In this document: one piece after another, positions 31,197 to 44,602 of the stretch | How positions within the stretch are numbered: the first letter of the stretch is position 1 | Layout of the letters: every line of letters begins with the position of its first letter | Source of the DNA: Antechinus flavipes | Lineage: Eukaryota | Direction: 5' to 3' | Assembly (NCBI RefSeq): GCF_016432865.1 | Contig: NC_067401.1 | Span: forward strand, 190,092,001 to 190,156,000 | Length of the DNA: 64,000 nt | Made by a program: the position numbers and the translations under genes | The notes under the pieces: model-generated | Told to the model about the DNA's origin: nothing | The model's input: the letters and a program-made list of their open reading frames with translations, nothing else | Databases searched by the model: none

Positions 31197-31534
31197 CCCG
31201 ATGCGGGACAGGTTCTTTTTACTCCCCAATTTGAGAGACATCTCTCACCTGGGGAGACAGTCCCAATTCCTTCCACCCATTTTCACTTTTCCAGCAAGGA
31301 GAAAGGACCAGTTTGGGAAGAAGACAAGATGAATATTTTGTGCAATACTTCTCCCCCGCCCCCGCCCCATTCCCCTATCCAATCTTCCTGTCACAGGGGA
31401 TAACTTCTCCCCCGCATTATACTTTTAACAAACATTTCTTGCTCCTCAAAAAACAAACAGAAAAAAACCTTTAAAAAAAAAGGATCCTGAACTAGGGGCT
31501 GGAGGAAGAAATGTCATAAAAATAATAACAGTCA

Positions 31535-34500
31535 CTACTGTTTCTGCTGCATAGCTTCCTTCCGAGCTGCATCCTGTAATAGCTGGGTGTCAACTTCATC
31601 TGCTGGCAGCTGCACATATCTGACCACAGAACCCCGGATAAAACAGTTTTTCACAGAGAGCTGGATAAAAAGACAAAAAAAAGCCAATTTTCATGAGAAG
31701 TCTTTTTCCTCAACTTACTGTGCCAGTTCTTTTCCTTATTCATCCTCTCAACTCACCATGTGAGGATATTTCTCTGGGTCTGTAACACTGATATCTGTTA
31801 GTTTGATGTTGAGATACTGTGGAAAGGGAGAAGAGACACACACCATTAATACAGAAACCAGGACCCAAGCTCCTCCCTTATAGCCCTCATATTCACATTT
31901 CCCTCAGGGAACCTGATAAGATGAATGCTTCATTTTTCTCACCTGGTCTACAGAGTGCAAGGTCCCACAGATACTGTGAAGGAAGAAGACTTAATTAGTT
32001 AGAACCAAACTTGGCATAAGTAAAAGAATCCTATCATCACCACTTTTCATCCCATTTCATGCATGAAGTACAACCACCAAATAGGTCCATGCCAGAATGT
32101 TTTCTTTTCAGATAAATCAAGGAAGCTACAGGTGTCATTTACTTCAATTTTAAGGAAGCATTCCACAAAATTTCTCTGCTATTCTTGTGTAGAAAGACAG
32201 AATAGACATTAATGATTCTATGCTAGCTTGGAAGAAGCTCCCTAGCAACCTCATCTTTTTATCCAATACCTTGGATAAAGACAATAGTTGGTATGTTTAC
32301 TACTTTTCAAGTGTCATGAAATTGGGAGGAATAGTTAGCAGACCATATGACAAAGCAAGGATTATAACTTTATATGAAAATAATTTTAGAATATTTAAGG
32401 AAAATATATGACAGGTCTTTCCACTGAATCCATCTAAATGAAGTCTAACAGGGATGTCAAATTTTATAGTTGATTTTGACAAATCAACTTTTACTGGCAC
32501 AAGATGAGGGATATGTAACTATATTTTTAAAAAGTCAAAGGCTTAGTGGACTAAAAGCTCAGTATAAATCAATCTTAGACTGAAACTTATGGATACGAAT
32601 ACCATGAAACTCCAGGACAGGGAAATAGCACTGTTGTCTCTACGTGTGACCAACACAACACATAAAGAAAAAAGTGCTGAATTCTGGGTAACCACATATT
32701 AGGAAGAACATTCATTGTTAAGCTAAAGGGTATTCAGAGAAGATCCAGATAAATCAAGGAACTCAAAAGTTTAAGGGTATTTACAAACCTGAAGAGAAGA
32801 TTTACAGATGAGCACATAACAGCTAATTGAGATTTGAAGTTATTATGGACATTAACCTTGTTTTAATTGGCTCTTGGACAGAACTAGGAGAAGTGGGTGG
32901 AAGTTACAGAGGGACAAATTGATATTTGATACATGTGAGGAGCACCCATCACAAGTGGATCCAGGAAGAAGTGAGACTCCTTCCCAGAAGCTGGATCCCC
33001 ACTTTAAAATGCATCACAACACATCTGATTCTTGTTCAGGTAGCCAGTCTGTGGTTCTTTATATCGGCTCCTGTAGTTTACCATCCTCTCTCCTCGGCTG
33101 CTTCTTTCAATTCATCAATACTACTCCACATCACATCACCATACTCATGCCTTTTTTAATGGTCCTTAGGAGGAGGAAAACCTTTATAAATGTACCTTGT
33201 TATAAGTATATTAAGCCTTCTTTTGGCACTAGTAGAATAGCAAAAAAAATGGACTCATGAGGAAGACCACCAATAAGCCTCTTTCACTCCTAATTATAAG
33301 TTCCTTATTAAAATAAGAATGTTCCTGAGAATTGTCCCACCTTAAGCCCTTGAGAGCTTGATTTTATATAAATGCTTAGTGAAGCAGTAACAAGGAAATG
33401 ACAATTAAGACCTAGTTGGATACCAGAAAGTAAAGAAAGGAGAGGAAGAAGGTAAAACCCAATAAATTTTATCTTCACGGTTTTGCCTATGACTCACTTT
33501 GTTCTTTATACAGACTCTAGTGTTCAACCCTTACCTCCATGCTACTAACAATTTGTGTTCAATAGCAAAAATGTAAAAGCAAAGAATTCTCATCCATATG
33601 ATCGAATCCATCAGTAAACATTTATATTAAATGCTTATAATGTGACAAGCATTGTGCTAAGTGATAGGGATACAAAGAAAGGAAAAATAGTCTATTCTTA
33701 AAGAGCTTACATTCTAATGAGATATGTAAATTTACATGCTTAATAACATACAAAATATATGGAAGACAATCTGGAGGGGAAGGCTCTGGTAGCAGAGCCG
33801 GATTAGCAAAGGTCTCCAAAGATGGGATTTGTGTGATATTTAGAAGGAAGCCAAAACTGCGGTAAGGAAAATATTCTAGGAATGTTGGACTATCAATGCA
33901 AAAGCACCCAGAGAAGAGATCCTGGAATAAAGAAGATCCAGTAGGCCACCACAGCTAGATTGTAAAATTCTTAGAAAGGAAGACTAGAGAGCAAGGAAAG
34001 AGCCAACTTGTAGAGTCAACAACTGTGCTCCTTGGCCCTCTGAAAAAAGTATTTCACTCATAGTATTTCACCTGGAATCCTTTCTATATTCCTATCTCAA
34101 TTCCAGTATCTCCAAATTTTACCCATCTCTCAGTATTCACATTCCCAGGCTACTAAGATTGACTTTCCCCAAGACCTTTTAAAATACATTTTTGTACACC
34201 ATATCATCTAGTACCTGGTACTTATCTTGAATTTCTTCCCTTTTGCAAGACTTGTATCCCTCTTGACTGTAAAGCTTAAAAGTAAGGATTACAACAAATA
34301 TTCTTATATCCTTCCCCCAGTCCCTACTGCAATGCATAATTATAGAGCATTAAGAAGCTTCTTTTGTCAAAAGAATTCTATGGAAATCCAGCAAAGTTGC
34401 TGCCTTCAGTTCTGCAGGAAGACTCTTCATTTGTTCCACATTACCTCAAGTCATTCTTGAGTTCCACGACAACATCCTTTCCCACAAGTGACTTGAAAAA

Positions 34501-35749
34501 GGAGTAGAAGAGCTGAGGGAAGGAAAAAGGAAAAAATGAGGGAGATGAACTAACCACCTATTTTCCATCCCCTTAGTGAATTCTTCCCAGTGTCTCCCAT
34601 TTGGGAGGAAAAAAGCCCCCTCATTTTCTGAACTTAAATCACAATGTGTTTGTTCTCCCCCATATTCAACCCTTCAGCTCTCCTCTTATGTGTAGTGTTC
34701 CATGATTAGAATATTAACTCCTCCATTGCAGGGACTTTCTTTTTGCTCATATTTGTATCCCCGATTAGCACTGGGCCTGGTGTTGAACAACACTTAGCTG
34801 AGATCCAGCCTAATTGTGTAGTGATGTGGAAAGTGTGGAATTTCAGCTGTGCCAGTTACTGGCAGTAAAATTTTGGTCAAATCAAGTCCAATTGCCACAC
34901 CTGTAAAATAATAATCTCCAAGGTTCCTTCCAGTTGCAGAATTTTATTTTCTATGGTTCTCACAAGTCCTTTCAAGTACATGCTTTGTCTTTGTTCTACA
35001 CCAGTACTACTCTCTTTAGGACTTAAGGACCATCACTCTGCTTTTCAATTACCGATTATCAGGTGTTCCAAAAGTCTTATTGCTGTTTTGGACTAAAGCT
35101 TTTGGAACATAGTGTTCTCTTTCCTGTAGGGGAGAAGTGTTTCTGAAGTAGTATGAGTTATGTAGCCCATGTGGATAGCGGGCCAGATTTATAGTCTGAA
35201 AGACCCGAGTTCAAATCTTGCCTAGCAATGCGACCACCACCTGTGTGCCTGGTTTTCCTCATCTAAAAAGGGGATACTACCACCAGATATATTAGCATAT
35301 GTAAAGGGATATCTATACACTCGTTAGCTATTCAATATCAACAGTTCATTATGTAATAAACCACTAGTCAAAGGATCATGAATTTGGAGACGAAAAGAAG
35401 CTCCATAGGAGTGTGGGGTGGGGGTTTAATCTTTTATTTTAACCGAGGCCCAGATTAGGGGGAGGCTATACACCCGAGGTTCTCCCGACGGGATGGGCAG
35501 GGGCTCGAGCCCCGGGTTCTTCCCACTGCTAGACCTCGCACTCTGCCCAGTTTTCCCGAGAACAAGCACAAGATAGGAGAGATGGATTTTCTCACACACA
35601 CACACACACACACACACACGCTCTCCCCGCGCGCGCGCGCACACACACACAACAGACACACACACCCCCACCCTCACCCCGCGCCCTTTAACCGATTCAA
35701 CGGTCTCCGCGGGAAGCGGTACCTTCTATGACGTCACGGCCCTTACCAT
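31535..35749 (-). CDS. LSM2: U6 snRNA-associated Sm-like protein LSm2, 95 aa
   Basis: Exons 35747-35749 (ATG only, |gtaagg), 34445-34512, 31943-31973, 31757-31816, 31535-31660 = 288 nt: MLFYSFFKSLVGKDVVVELKNDLSICGTLHSVDQYLNIKLTDISVTDPEKYPHMLSVKNCFIRGSVVRYVQLPADEVDTQLLQDAARKEAMQQKQ. Confidence 0.98.
35593..35666. repeat. compound (CA)13 ... (CG)6(CA)5 microsatellite
   Basis: Directly visible in LSM2 intron 1. Confidence 0.95.
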
Positions 35750-36420
35750 TATCCTCGCGCCGCGGTTCGGGTCCTGGAGAGGAGGGGGACGCCTTAGCTC
35801 GGGTTTCGGGGAGGTGTGGGCCGCGTGAGAGGCTCGCTACCACCGGAATCCGAGCCCAGGGGTCGCGCGCTACGGTGGGGCTAGGGTGAGGGCAAGTGCG
35901 CACGCGCGGCGAAGAGCTGACAGCGCGAGAGTGAGCGAGAAGGAACTAGGTGATTTGAAGAGACACCGACCGAGTCAGCTCCCAGTTCTTCGAGAAGGGG
36001 AAAGGATTGGAACTTGGAGAATTGAGACGGACTCTGGGCGGAGTTTATATCCTCTTACCTTGTTCCAGAATCTCACCGCGCAGGCGTGTTTTGGGCTAAA
36101 GGGCTGGTATCTCTGAAGTCAATTTAGTTAATGAAAACTATTCAAACATTGTCCTGCGCATTGCAGATATAAACACGAGAGGGAGAATTACATTGTACCA
36201 ATCAGGTGATGTGGGAAGAAATTATTTGCTAAAAACATTCACTCAACATTTGTGTTGCTGATAACGCACGGTGAATCCGAAGTGAGGCAGGAATGGGTGA
36301 GGGTCAGATGTCCAAGGCGCGAGTTCCCGGCCAAGCAATTTCGCTAAACCCAAAGGCTATGGCGGGAAACCTTTATTGTTAAACACCAAGAGGGACTCTC
36401 TTGGCGGGCATATCATTCTC
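35700..36420 (-). promoter_or_regulatory. LSM2: LSM2 CpG-island promoter
   Basis: Dense CpG; CRE TGACGTCA at 35729-35736; E2F-type tggcgggaaa at 36360-36369. Confidence 0.75.
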
Positions 36421-37228
36421 TGGAGAGAAGTGATCTGCAAAGGGTCATTTTCTGAAGACCCATTTTATGCATGAGTCTAAGGGGAATCTCAAGTGGAAGT
36501 GAAATCTTGCCTGGAGTCGTGATTTCCTTCGGGAAGGCTTATCTTGCTCCAGAGGATACTAGACCATTTGGGTTTGTAGATCAAGCAGAGTTTTACTCTC
36601 ATCACAAGTATTAACATTTCATAGATGAGGAAACAGACCAAGAGTTTTTGTCTTCTACAAGCTCAAACTGCTAAGTAATGGCAGAACTAGGATTCCAAAA
36701 TACATTCTGAGATCTTTTCAACACAATTGGGTGACCTATCTGTAATAGTTCACTTTTTAAAAAAAAAATTAATCTTCAAGATTCTGTCTTGGGCTTCTTT
36801 TTACTCTATACCATTTATCTTGTCAGCTCCTGCAGATTCAATTATCATCTCTATGTTCATTCCTAGATCTACTTATCCAGCTCTAACCCCTCTACTGAAC
36901 TCCATTTTGTCATCATGAGGTGTCTATTGGACACCTCAAAATAAATGTTTAATTTATTCTTTAAATGATGTCCTTTTGTGTTTTTTAACATCACCACCTT
37001 CATTGTATATAGAAATAGTATTTTTAAGACAAAAAGAAAAAGAGGGAAAATCAGTATAACCAATACATCAAAAAAGTGAAAAAATACACTTGCAGACTTC
37101 CCATTTCTTTGCAAAAGTAGTGTCTTCTTCCTAGCTGTGTGACCCTGGGAAATTCACTTAACCCCAATTGCCTTAGCAAAAACAAAAACAAAAAAAGTAG
37201 AGGGTCTTCCCATTTCTTTCAAGCCATA

Positions 37229-37898
37229 TTTATTATTATTATTATTATTATTATAACTTTTTATTTACAAGATATATGCATGGGTAATTTTTCAGCATTA
37301 ACAGTTGCAAAACCTTTTGTTCCCATTTTTCCCCTCCTTCCCCCCCACCCTTCTCCTTCCTCCCCCAGATGGCAGGTAGACCAATACATGTTAAATATGT
37401 TAAAGTATATGTTAAATACAATATATGTATACATGTCCATACAGTTATTTTGCTGCACAAGAACAGACTTTGAAATAGTATACCATTAACCTGTGAAGGA
37501 AATCAAAAATGCAGGCAGACAAAAATAAAGGGATTGGGAATTCTATGTAGTGGTTCATAGTCATCTCCCAGAGTTCTTTTGCTGGATGTAGCTGGTTCAG
37601 TTCATTACTGTTCTATTGGAATTGATTTGTTTCATCTCATTGTTGAAGAGGGCTACGTCCATCAGAATTGATCATCATATAGTTTTGTTGTTGAAGTATA
37701 TATAATGATCTCCTGGTCCTGCTCATTTCACTCAACATCAGTTCATATAAGTCTCTCCAGGCCTTTCTGAAATCATCCTGCTGATCATTTCTTACAGAAC
37801 AATAATATTCCATAACATTCATATGCCACAATTTATTCAGCCATTCTCCAATTGATGGGCATCCACTCAGTTTCCAATTTCTGGCCACTACAAAGAGC
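37229..37898 (-). mobile_element. LINE-1 3' end
   Basis: (TTA)n tail, L1 3' UTR, ORF fragment LFVVARNWKLSGCPSIGEWLNKLW. Confidence 0.9.
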
Positions 37899-38949
37899 AT
37901 ACTTTTTCTTTATAATTCTGAAATGTTTACTTTGTTCACATATATATGAATTTCAGAGTTTACAAAGCCTTTTCTGCTGGAGGATTTTAATCTCTCCCAG
38001 ATCTGTCTGCTATGAAGAATAGTTTTCTTGAAGTTCAAGAAAAACACATGGAATTTATTTTAACTGGGATGTCTATGTGAGTCTATAAGGGAAAGGCATA
38101 TGCTAACTTTTATAGTGAGGTTATTATAGTAAAGTTGTTTTTGTACAAGTATTCTCTGTATTGGTCCCCACCCAACAAAACCTATAAAGTGGGCCAATAT
38201 ATTCTTTCTTCTCCAGTCCCCACATTTCATAACTAGTGTAATAAGACAGTTTTGTACAACTATTTTACATTTCTTAGGATTCTCTTACTCTTTGTCTTCT
38301 CAAACATTCATGTATGAAAACACAATCACATATGTACACTAAGACCCATTTGTAAGTGTACTATCCATGTCACATATATTTAACCAAACACAGATGTATG
38401 TTAGTATTAATTAGTGGTAATCATGCATTTTGTTTTTGCATGTATAATAGAAGACAATTTGAACTGAACTGTCTTCAGCCTTACCTTTCCTCACATGACT
38501 AGTTGCTGGGAGTTTTCTATAGAAATTCTCTTCAAATAAATGTTCGAATACATATTCTTCATAGTTCTGCAAACTCTGGTTGCCTTAATCCTGGTGGGTA
38601 GTTTTTTGAATCTTTTCAGGAACTTGTGGACTACAGCTTTCCCTCTGATAAAGACCAAGTTAAAAAGCCATAACAAAAGCATAATCTACTATTGGCACTT
38701 CACTTAAGGTTCTTTTCCCCAAACTTCCTTGTATTTAACTTATTTACCAATATATTTAGTAACTTTGGTTTTGCTATGTATATTTATATATGGACTTGCT
38801 TCCCCTTCCCCCATTAAATGTTCTTAGATATAGGAACAATATATTTTTGTTCTCATCTACCCTTGACCTGGGATGATACCTGGAACATAGTAGATAAATA
38901 CTTGATTCAAAATCCCCAACATTGTGTCCTGGAGTCTCTTTTCACTTTA

Positions 38950-39730
38950 TATTGTTAGCATTTTTGTGCAAATTCTGCCTCATGAGCAAGACATCATCCT
39001 ATGATAAAATCGGTCCTTTTCAAAAAATGAAGGACAGATAACATAATGCTGCTCTTAATTTTGTTTTGCTGGTGAGGGCACAATCATATTCCTAGTTAGC
39101 CAGACTTACAACTTAGATATCATTTTTGACTCATTCTCTCATCCTCTAATTTGACAAATCCTGTTATCTTTATAACCTCACTTATATATGCCCCTTTCTT
39201 GTCTTTTACCTTCCCATCATTTTAGGCCAGTTCATTTTCATCTCACAATAGCCTGTCAGATGGTCTCCCTGCCTTGTCTCTCTCCTAATATATCCTCCAT
39301 TCTCTTATCAAATTGATCTTTCTAAATATTAAGTCTGTTATATCCTCATCTTACTCCCCTCTCCCCCATTCAAGAAACTTCAGTGGCTTCCTATCATTCC
39401 AGGATCAAATATAAAATCCTCTAATCATCTTACATGGTGTCTCCACTTTTCAATCTAGTGACACTAGCCCTCTTATTCTTCTTTTAATAAGATAATACCA
39501 ACTCCTAGTATGCCTGGAATGCTCTCCATCTTTTCTTCCTGGCTTCCTTTGAGTCCCAGCTAAAATCCCACTTCTAAAAGAAGCCATGGCTTCCTTAATA
39601 TTAGTGCCTTTCCTCTGAAATATCAAATTCCTGTACACAGTTTGCATTTAAACTATGAGCAGGTAGGGATTAGTGTTTGGGTTTTTGTTTTTGCTATGAT
39701 TTTCTTCGCATTCCCATTATTTAGCATGTG
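38950..39730 (+). mobile_element. old LINE-2 remnant (boundaries approximate)
   Basis: L2-like 3' motifs such as cttcagtggcttcctatcattccaggatcaaatataaaatcct and gagtacttaataaatgct. Confidence 0.5.
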
Positions 39731-41112
39731 CTGGGCCCATATTGAGTACTTAATAAATGCTGTTGATTGCCTCCTATTGCCACTGGACATGGAGCAAAAG
39801 AAGTGGGACAATTTCCCCACTGTTGCTGAGTCTTTGAGGAAGAAAAGAAGAGAAACAAAATTGAGACAACATATTCCAGTTTTGGGGAGTATTTCATTTG
39901 AATGTTTAGAAGTAGAAAATGGCATATCAAGTTTGGGTAACAAATTAGTAGTCCAATTTTGCTATTAAGAGTATATAAAGGGGAGTAATGTGAAATAAGG
40001 CTGGGAAGCTAGAATGCAGGTTTTTTTTTTTTTTTTTAAACAATTGCCTTAAGTGGCATGTCTAAGGTCACTATTAACTGTTAAGTTATTAACTGTTAAG
40101 TGCTGAGGTCAAATTTGAACTCAGGTCCTCCTGCCTCCACAGCTGTGGTCTATCCATTAGGGAATCTAGAATGGAGTCAGCTTGTGGAAAATCTTAAATG
40201 AAGCAGTTTGCAATTTTGACCTCCAGGCAAAAGGGAGTTATTGAAGGTTTTTGAGAAGGGAATGTGATACTTCCCTAGTTGTGATACTAGGCTTGTGCTT
40301 ACTATTTTTTAATATTAACACAAAAAGGACTGAAAAAAAGATAAGCAGTTATGAGAGATGACTGAGATTGTTGTAGCTACATGAGAGTACAGATTATGAG
40401 AATGTGAGAGATCCAGAAGCACAATGGCTATGATTTGTTAACTTAATTGGATATGGGGAATAAGGAAGAGTGAAGAAGTTGAAATGACTGCAAGGTTTCC
40501 AACCTGGGTGGCTGGAAGTGGTATAGGGCAGTTCAACTGAAATAAGAAAATTTAGAGAAAATATGGATTAGAGAGTAGCTGGTAGGAAAAGATGAATTTC
40601 TTTTTCAATACATTAAATATGAGAGATATTGGTGGCATATTTGGCTATATACATTCCACAGGAAACAACTAAAATTATGGTGAGAAATTTGGACTGGGTT
40701 TACAGACTTGGGAATTATCAATGTGGAAACAATAATTAAATTCGTATTAGATGAAATCTCCAAACAAATACATGCAGAGAGAAAAAAGAAAAGGAGGCCC
40801 AGAACAGTCTTGAGAAACTGACTAGAAATCATAAAATGGATGATAATACAACAAGGGATACAGAAAAAATAATCAGAGAGGAGAATCAGGAGTGCAATGT
40901 CATGGCAAAAATTTAGAAGTAGCACAAAAAACTGCAGAAAGGTTAAGGAGAATGAAGATTAAGTACAAAATTTGTATTTAAATATTGGTTTCATTACTTA
41001 TGTGACTTTGCCTAATCACCCTCAGCCATCAGGCATATTCATTCATATCAATGTTCACAGTTACCATGCTTAGAGTCCCAAAATATCACACATCTTTTCC
41101 TTTAAGCACAAA

Positions 41113-41118
41113 TTTATT
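41113..41118 (-). terminator. HSPA1L: HSPA1L polyadenylation signal AATAAA
   Basis: tttatt on plus, about 315 nt past the stop codon. Confidence 0.55.
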
Positions 41119-41433
41119 GAGCAATAAACAACTCAACTCCCTGGACGGAAAACAAAATCCAGGGCCAGATTAAAAATAAACAGAAATTCAAATTCACCTA
41201 ACTAGTCCAAAAAAGGCCTTGTTATTCTAAGAGTACTATTCCAGTGTCCAAACAGCATTGTGAGATGTGGAAACAGAAAAGTAATCCCCAAAATCCTTCT
41301 AGGATGGTCAAGGACAATTGTGATACAGATGCAGTCAATTCAGAAGGCACAACTGGTGCTGGGGAAATGGGGCAAGAGGCAAAAGTGGGCTAGAGGCTCC
41401 TCAGGGTCCTCTAATCCCACATGGATGAGGCTA

Positions 41434-43362
41434 CTAATCCACTTCCTCAATAGTGGGGCCAGAGGGGGGTCCTTTGGGAGGAACATATCCACAAGTGCCC
41501 CCCATGCCTCCCTCACATCCTTGATAGAGCTTAGTGATGATAGGATTACACACCTGCTCTAATTCTTTCCTCTTATGCTCATACTCTTCCTTCTCAGCTA
41601 GCTGATTGGACTCCAGCCAGGAAAGGACTTCTTGGCATTTATCTAACACTTTTTTCTTGTCATCTTCACTGATCTTTCCCTTTAAGCCTTCCTCACTCAC
41701 TGCATTCTTCATGTTGAAGGCATAAGATTCCAGAGCATTTTTAGCAGCAACTTTCTCCCTCTGGGCCTCATCTTCTGATTTATATTTTTCTGCATCACGC
41801 ACCATTCGCTCAATTTCTTCCTTGCTCAGGCGACCTTTATCATTAGTGATGGTGATCTTGTTGGCTTTGCCTGTGCTCTTATCCATAGCTGTGACATTCA
41901 GAATTCCATTGGCATCTATATCAAAGGTTACCTCAATCTGGGGGACACCACGGGGAGCAGGGGGAATGCCACTCAGGTCAAAACGACCCAGAAGGTTGTT
42001 GTCCTTGGTCATGGCCCGTTCTCCCTCATATACCTGGATCAGTACACCCGGCTGGTTGTCAGAATAGGTGGTAAAGATCTGGGTCTGTTTGGTGGGGATG
42101 GTGGAGTTGCGTTTGATCAGTGCTGTCATCACACCTCCTGCTGTCTCCAGCCCCAGGGAAAGGGGAGCCACATCCAACAGCAACAGGTCCTGCACTTTCT
42201 CTGATTTATCACCCATCAGAATGGCTGCCTGCACTGCTGCTCCATAGGCTACAGCCTCATCAGGGTTGATGCTCTTGTTCAGGTCTCTGCCATTGAAGAA
42301 ATCCTGCAGTAGTTTCTGTACTTTGGGGATTCGGGTGGAGCCACCCACAAGGACAACGTCATTGATTTTGGCTTTGTCCATCTTGGCATCTCGCAGGGCT
42401 TTCTCTACAGGCTCCAGGGTACCCCGGAACAGATCTGAGCACAGCTCTTCAAACCTTGCCCTGGTGACAGAAGTGTAAAAGTCAATGCCTTCAAATAAGG
42501 AGTCAATTTCAAGATTGGCTTGGGTGCTGGAAGACAGGGTTCTCTTAGCCCTTTCACAGGCTGTTCGAAGTCTTCTCACAGCCCGCTTGTTCTGGCTAAT
42601 ATCTTTCTTATGTTTTCTCTTGAATTCCTCAACAAAGTGATTTACTAGTCGATTATCAAAGTCCTCCCCACCCAGGTGGGTGTCTCCTGCAGTGGCTTTC
42701 ACCTCAAAAATCCCATCATCAATGGTAAGAATGGAGACATCAAAAGTGCCCCCACCCAGATCAAAGATCAGTACATGTCGCTCTCCCTGACTAGCTTTAT
42801 CTAGTCCATAAGCAATGGCAGCTGCTGTAGGTTCATTGATGATTCTCAGCACATTCAGGCCAGCAATCACTCCAGCATCCTTGGTGGCCTGGCGTTGAGA
42901 GTCATTGAAATAGGCTGGGACAGTGATGACTGCATTGGTGACTGCATGACCCAAGTAGGCCTCCGCAGTCTCCTTCATTTTGGTCAACACCATGGAGGAG
43001 ATCTCCTCAGGATAGAAGGCCTTGTTTTCACCTTTGTAGGACACTTGAACTTTAGGCTTACCTCCATCATTTATCACCTGGAAGGGCCAGTGCTTCATAT
43101 CGGATTGTACCACGGAATCTCCAAATTTGCGACCAATCAGCCTTTTGGCATCAAAGACTGTGTTCTGAGGATTCATGGCCACCTGGTTTTTGGCTGCATC
43201 TCCAATGAGTCTCTCTGTGTCTGTGAAGGCCACATAGCTGGGGGTGGTTCGGTTGCCCTGGTCATTGGCAATGATCTCCACCTTGCCATGCTGGAACACT
43301 CCCACGCAGGAGTAGGTGGTGCCCAGATCGATGCCGATGGCGGTACCTTTGGTAGATGACAT
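41434..43362 (-). CDS. HSPA1L: Hsp70 family member 1-like, 642 aa, uninterrupted ORF
   Basis: IDLGTTYS ... EEVD. L-type tail (AVSEEG, ITKLYQG, GYVP). Position after LSM2 and head-to-head with the inducible gene matches HSPA1L synteny. Confidence 0.93.
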   Translation of the reverse strand: MSSTKGTAIGIDLGTTYSCVGVFQHGKVEIIANDQGNRTTPSYVAFTDTERLIGDAAKNQVAMNPQNTVFDAKRLIGRKFGDSVVQSDMKHWPFQVINDGGKPKVQVSYKGENKAFYPEEISSMVLTKMKETAEAYLGHAVTNAVITVPAYFNDSQRQATKDAGVIAGLNVLRIINEPTAAAIAYGLDKASQGERHVLIFDLGGGTFDVSILTIDDGIFEVKATAGDTHLGGEDFDNRLVNHFVEEFKRKHKKDISQNKRAVRRLRTACERAKRTLSSSTQANLEIDSLFEGIDFYTSVTRARFEELCSDLFRGTLEPVEKALRDAKMDKAKINDVVLVGGSTRIPKVQKLLQDFFNGRDLNKSINPDEAVAYGAAVQAAILMGDKSEKVQDLLLLDVAPLSLGLETAGGVMTALIKRNSTIPTKQTQIFTTYSDNQPGVLIQVYEGERAMTKDNNLLGRFDLSGIPPAPRGVPQIEVTFDIDANGILNVTAMDKSTGKANKITITNDKGRLSKEEIERMVRDAEKYKSEDEAQREKVAAKNALESYAFNMKNAVSEEGLKGKISEDDKKKVLDKCQEVLSWLESNQLAEKEEYEHKRKELEQVCNPIITKLYQGCEGGMGGTCGYVPPKGPPSGPTIEEVD

Positions 43363-43386
43363 GACTCTCCCACAAGCTCCGGGAAG

Positions 43387-44010
43387 GCTAAAGGATATGT
43401 GTCCCTGTCAAGATGACTATTGAGTAGGGTTCGCACAGGGTGAGGATTGGGAGTTTTCTGATAACACTTGGGGAGAGGTCTGGCCTCCCTTGAAAGCTTG
43501 TACACACTGCACCACTCCCACCAGTTTTCTCCAGAATTAATGTCCCCTTTGGCAGGTTCAGTTCAATTTTCCTTTGGGTTAGAGGAAAAGGCAAAAGTGG
43601 GGCCGAGGCTCTATTGGGGGGAGTCACCTCAGGAGGTCGTTACCTCAGGAGGGTTTTTTCCCCCGCCTCTCATGAACATCCAGCCCCCTTCCTAAACTCT
43701 CCCCTCTCCCCTCCTCGTTTTAACTAATTATGGCCCTAAGATGCTCCCGAAGAGTCTTTCTCTCCGATACCCTGTCACAGCAACGTTCGCAACGGTCTGA
43801 ACTGCAGGTCCCACCTCTTTGGGACAGGGCCAACCAATCACGATCCCCATAAGCCCCACCCTCCCGCCCATCTCTTCTTCCCTGCGCCGCCCAAGGCCCC
43901 GCCTCCCTCCCAGGGCGCTGGTTCAGGTCCTTCTCCCGAACTTTAGGGAACTTTCTCCGTCTTAGGCAGTCGCCCCTCCCCCCACTGTTTAGGGTCCAAT
44001 CAGAATCTCC
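43387..44010 (-). promoter_or_regulatory. HSPA1L: HSPA1L promoter with candidate non-coding exon and short intron
   Basis: CCAAT at 43834 and 43997, GC boxes at 43860-43905; candidate donor ctgag|gtaacg at 43644 and acceptors at 43404 or 43387. Confidence 0.45.
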
Positions 44011-44475
44011 CGTAGCCTCTGCCCCACCCCACCCCCACCCTGTTCTGACTTCAGTCTAGAATTTCATGCACCTTTCAAACTCTCCCCTGGCATTTTGCTC
44101 TTTGCCCACGTACTACGAAGAGGTCATTAACGTAAACAAAGCCCCAGTCACTCCAGTAGGCCAAATGGCGCAACAAACCCACAACCAATTTTACTTTATA
44201 CTCATTCCTAAAAAGGAGAGCGATCCAATGAGAGAGACAGAGATAGAGAGAGACAGGGAGAGAGAAAAAAAGACATGGAGGGAGGGAGGCAGTGGCAGAG
44301 AATGTGTGTCTGTGTAGAGAGGAAGAGTGATAGAGAGACAGAGAGACTGAGTGTGACAAAGTTGTCATGGTAACAAAGTGCAGTGAGCGGCACCAAAATC
44401 GGCTGTGCACACCCTGCTTAAGGGTCCTCTTCTCTATTTTCTTCCGCCTACAAACTCGTACTTCTCAGGAACCCC

Positions 44476-44495
44476 AGAAATGTCCCGAAAGTTCT
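44476..44495 (+). promoter_or_regulatory. distal heat shock element
   Basis: In-register pentamers aGAAa tGTCc cGAAa gTTCt, followed by a GC box (44501) and inverted CCAAT (44521). Confidence 0.75.
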
Positions 44496-44577
44496 GAAGA
44501 GGGGCGGGATGCCCGCCGTGATTGGTTGGAGTTGCTTTTGGGTAGGACCTGGACCCCTAAAAGCCTCACTCATGGCG

Positions 44578-44602
44578 CGAAATCACTGGAAAATTCCTGA
44601 GC
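44578..44602 (+). promoter_or_regulatory. proximal heat shock element
   Basis: cGAAa tCACt gGAAa aTTCc tGAGc, resembling the mammalian HSPA1 proximal HSE; GC box at 44632, ATTGG at 44651, AT-rich box at 44690-44700. Confidence 0.8.

Noticed and set aside
35426-36116. Several 68-83 aa ORFs at the LSM2 5' end
   Set aside because: By-products of the microsatellite and GC-rich CpG island.
44230-44350. GA-rich tract in the Hsp70 spacer as H-DNA or a GAGA element
   Set aside because: Heavily interrupted, no clean mirror symmetry; common low-complexity sequence.
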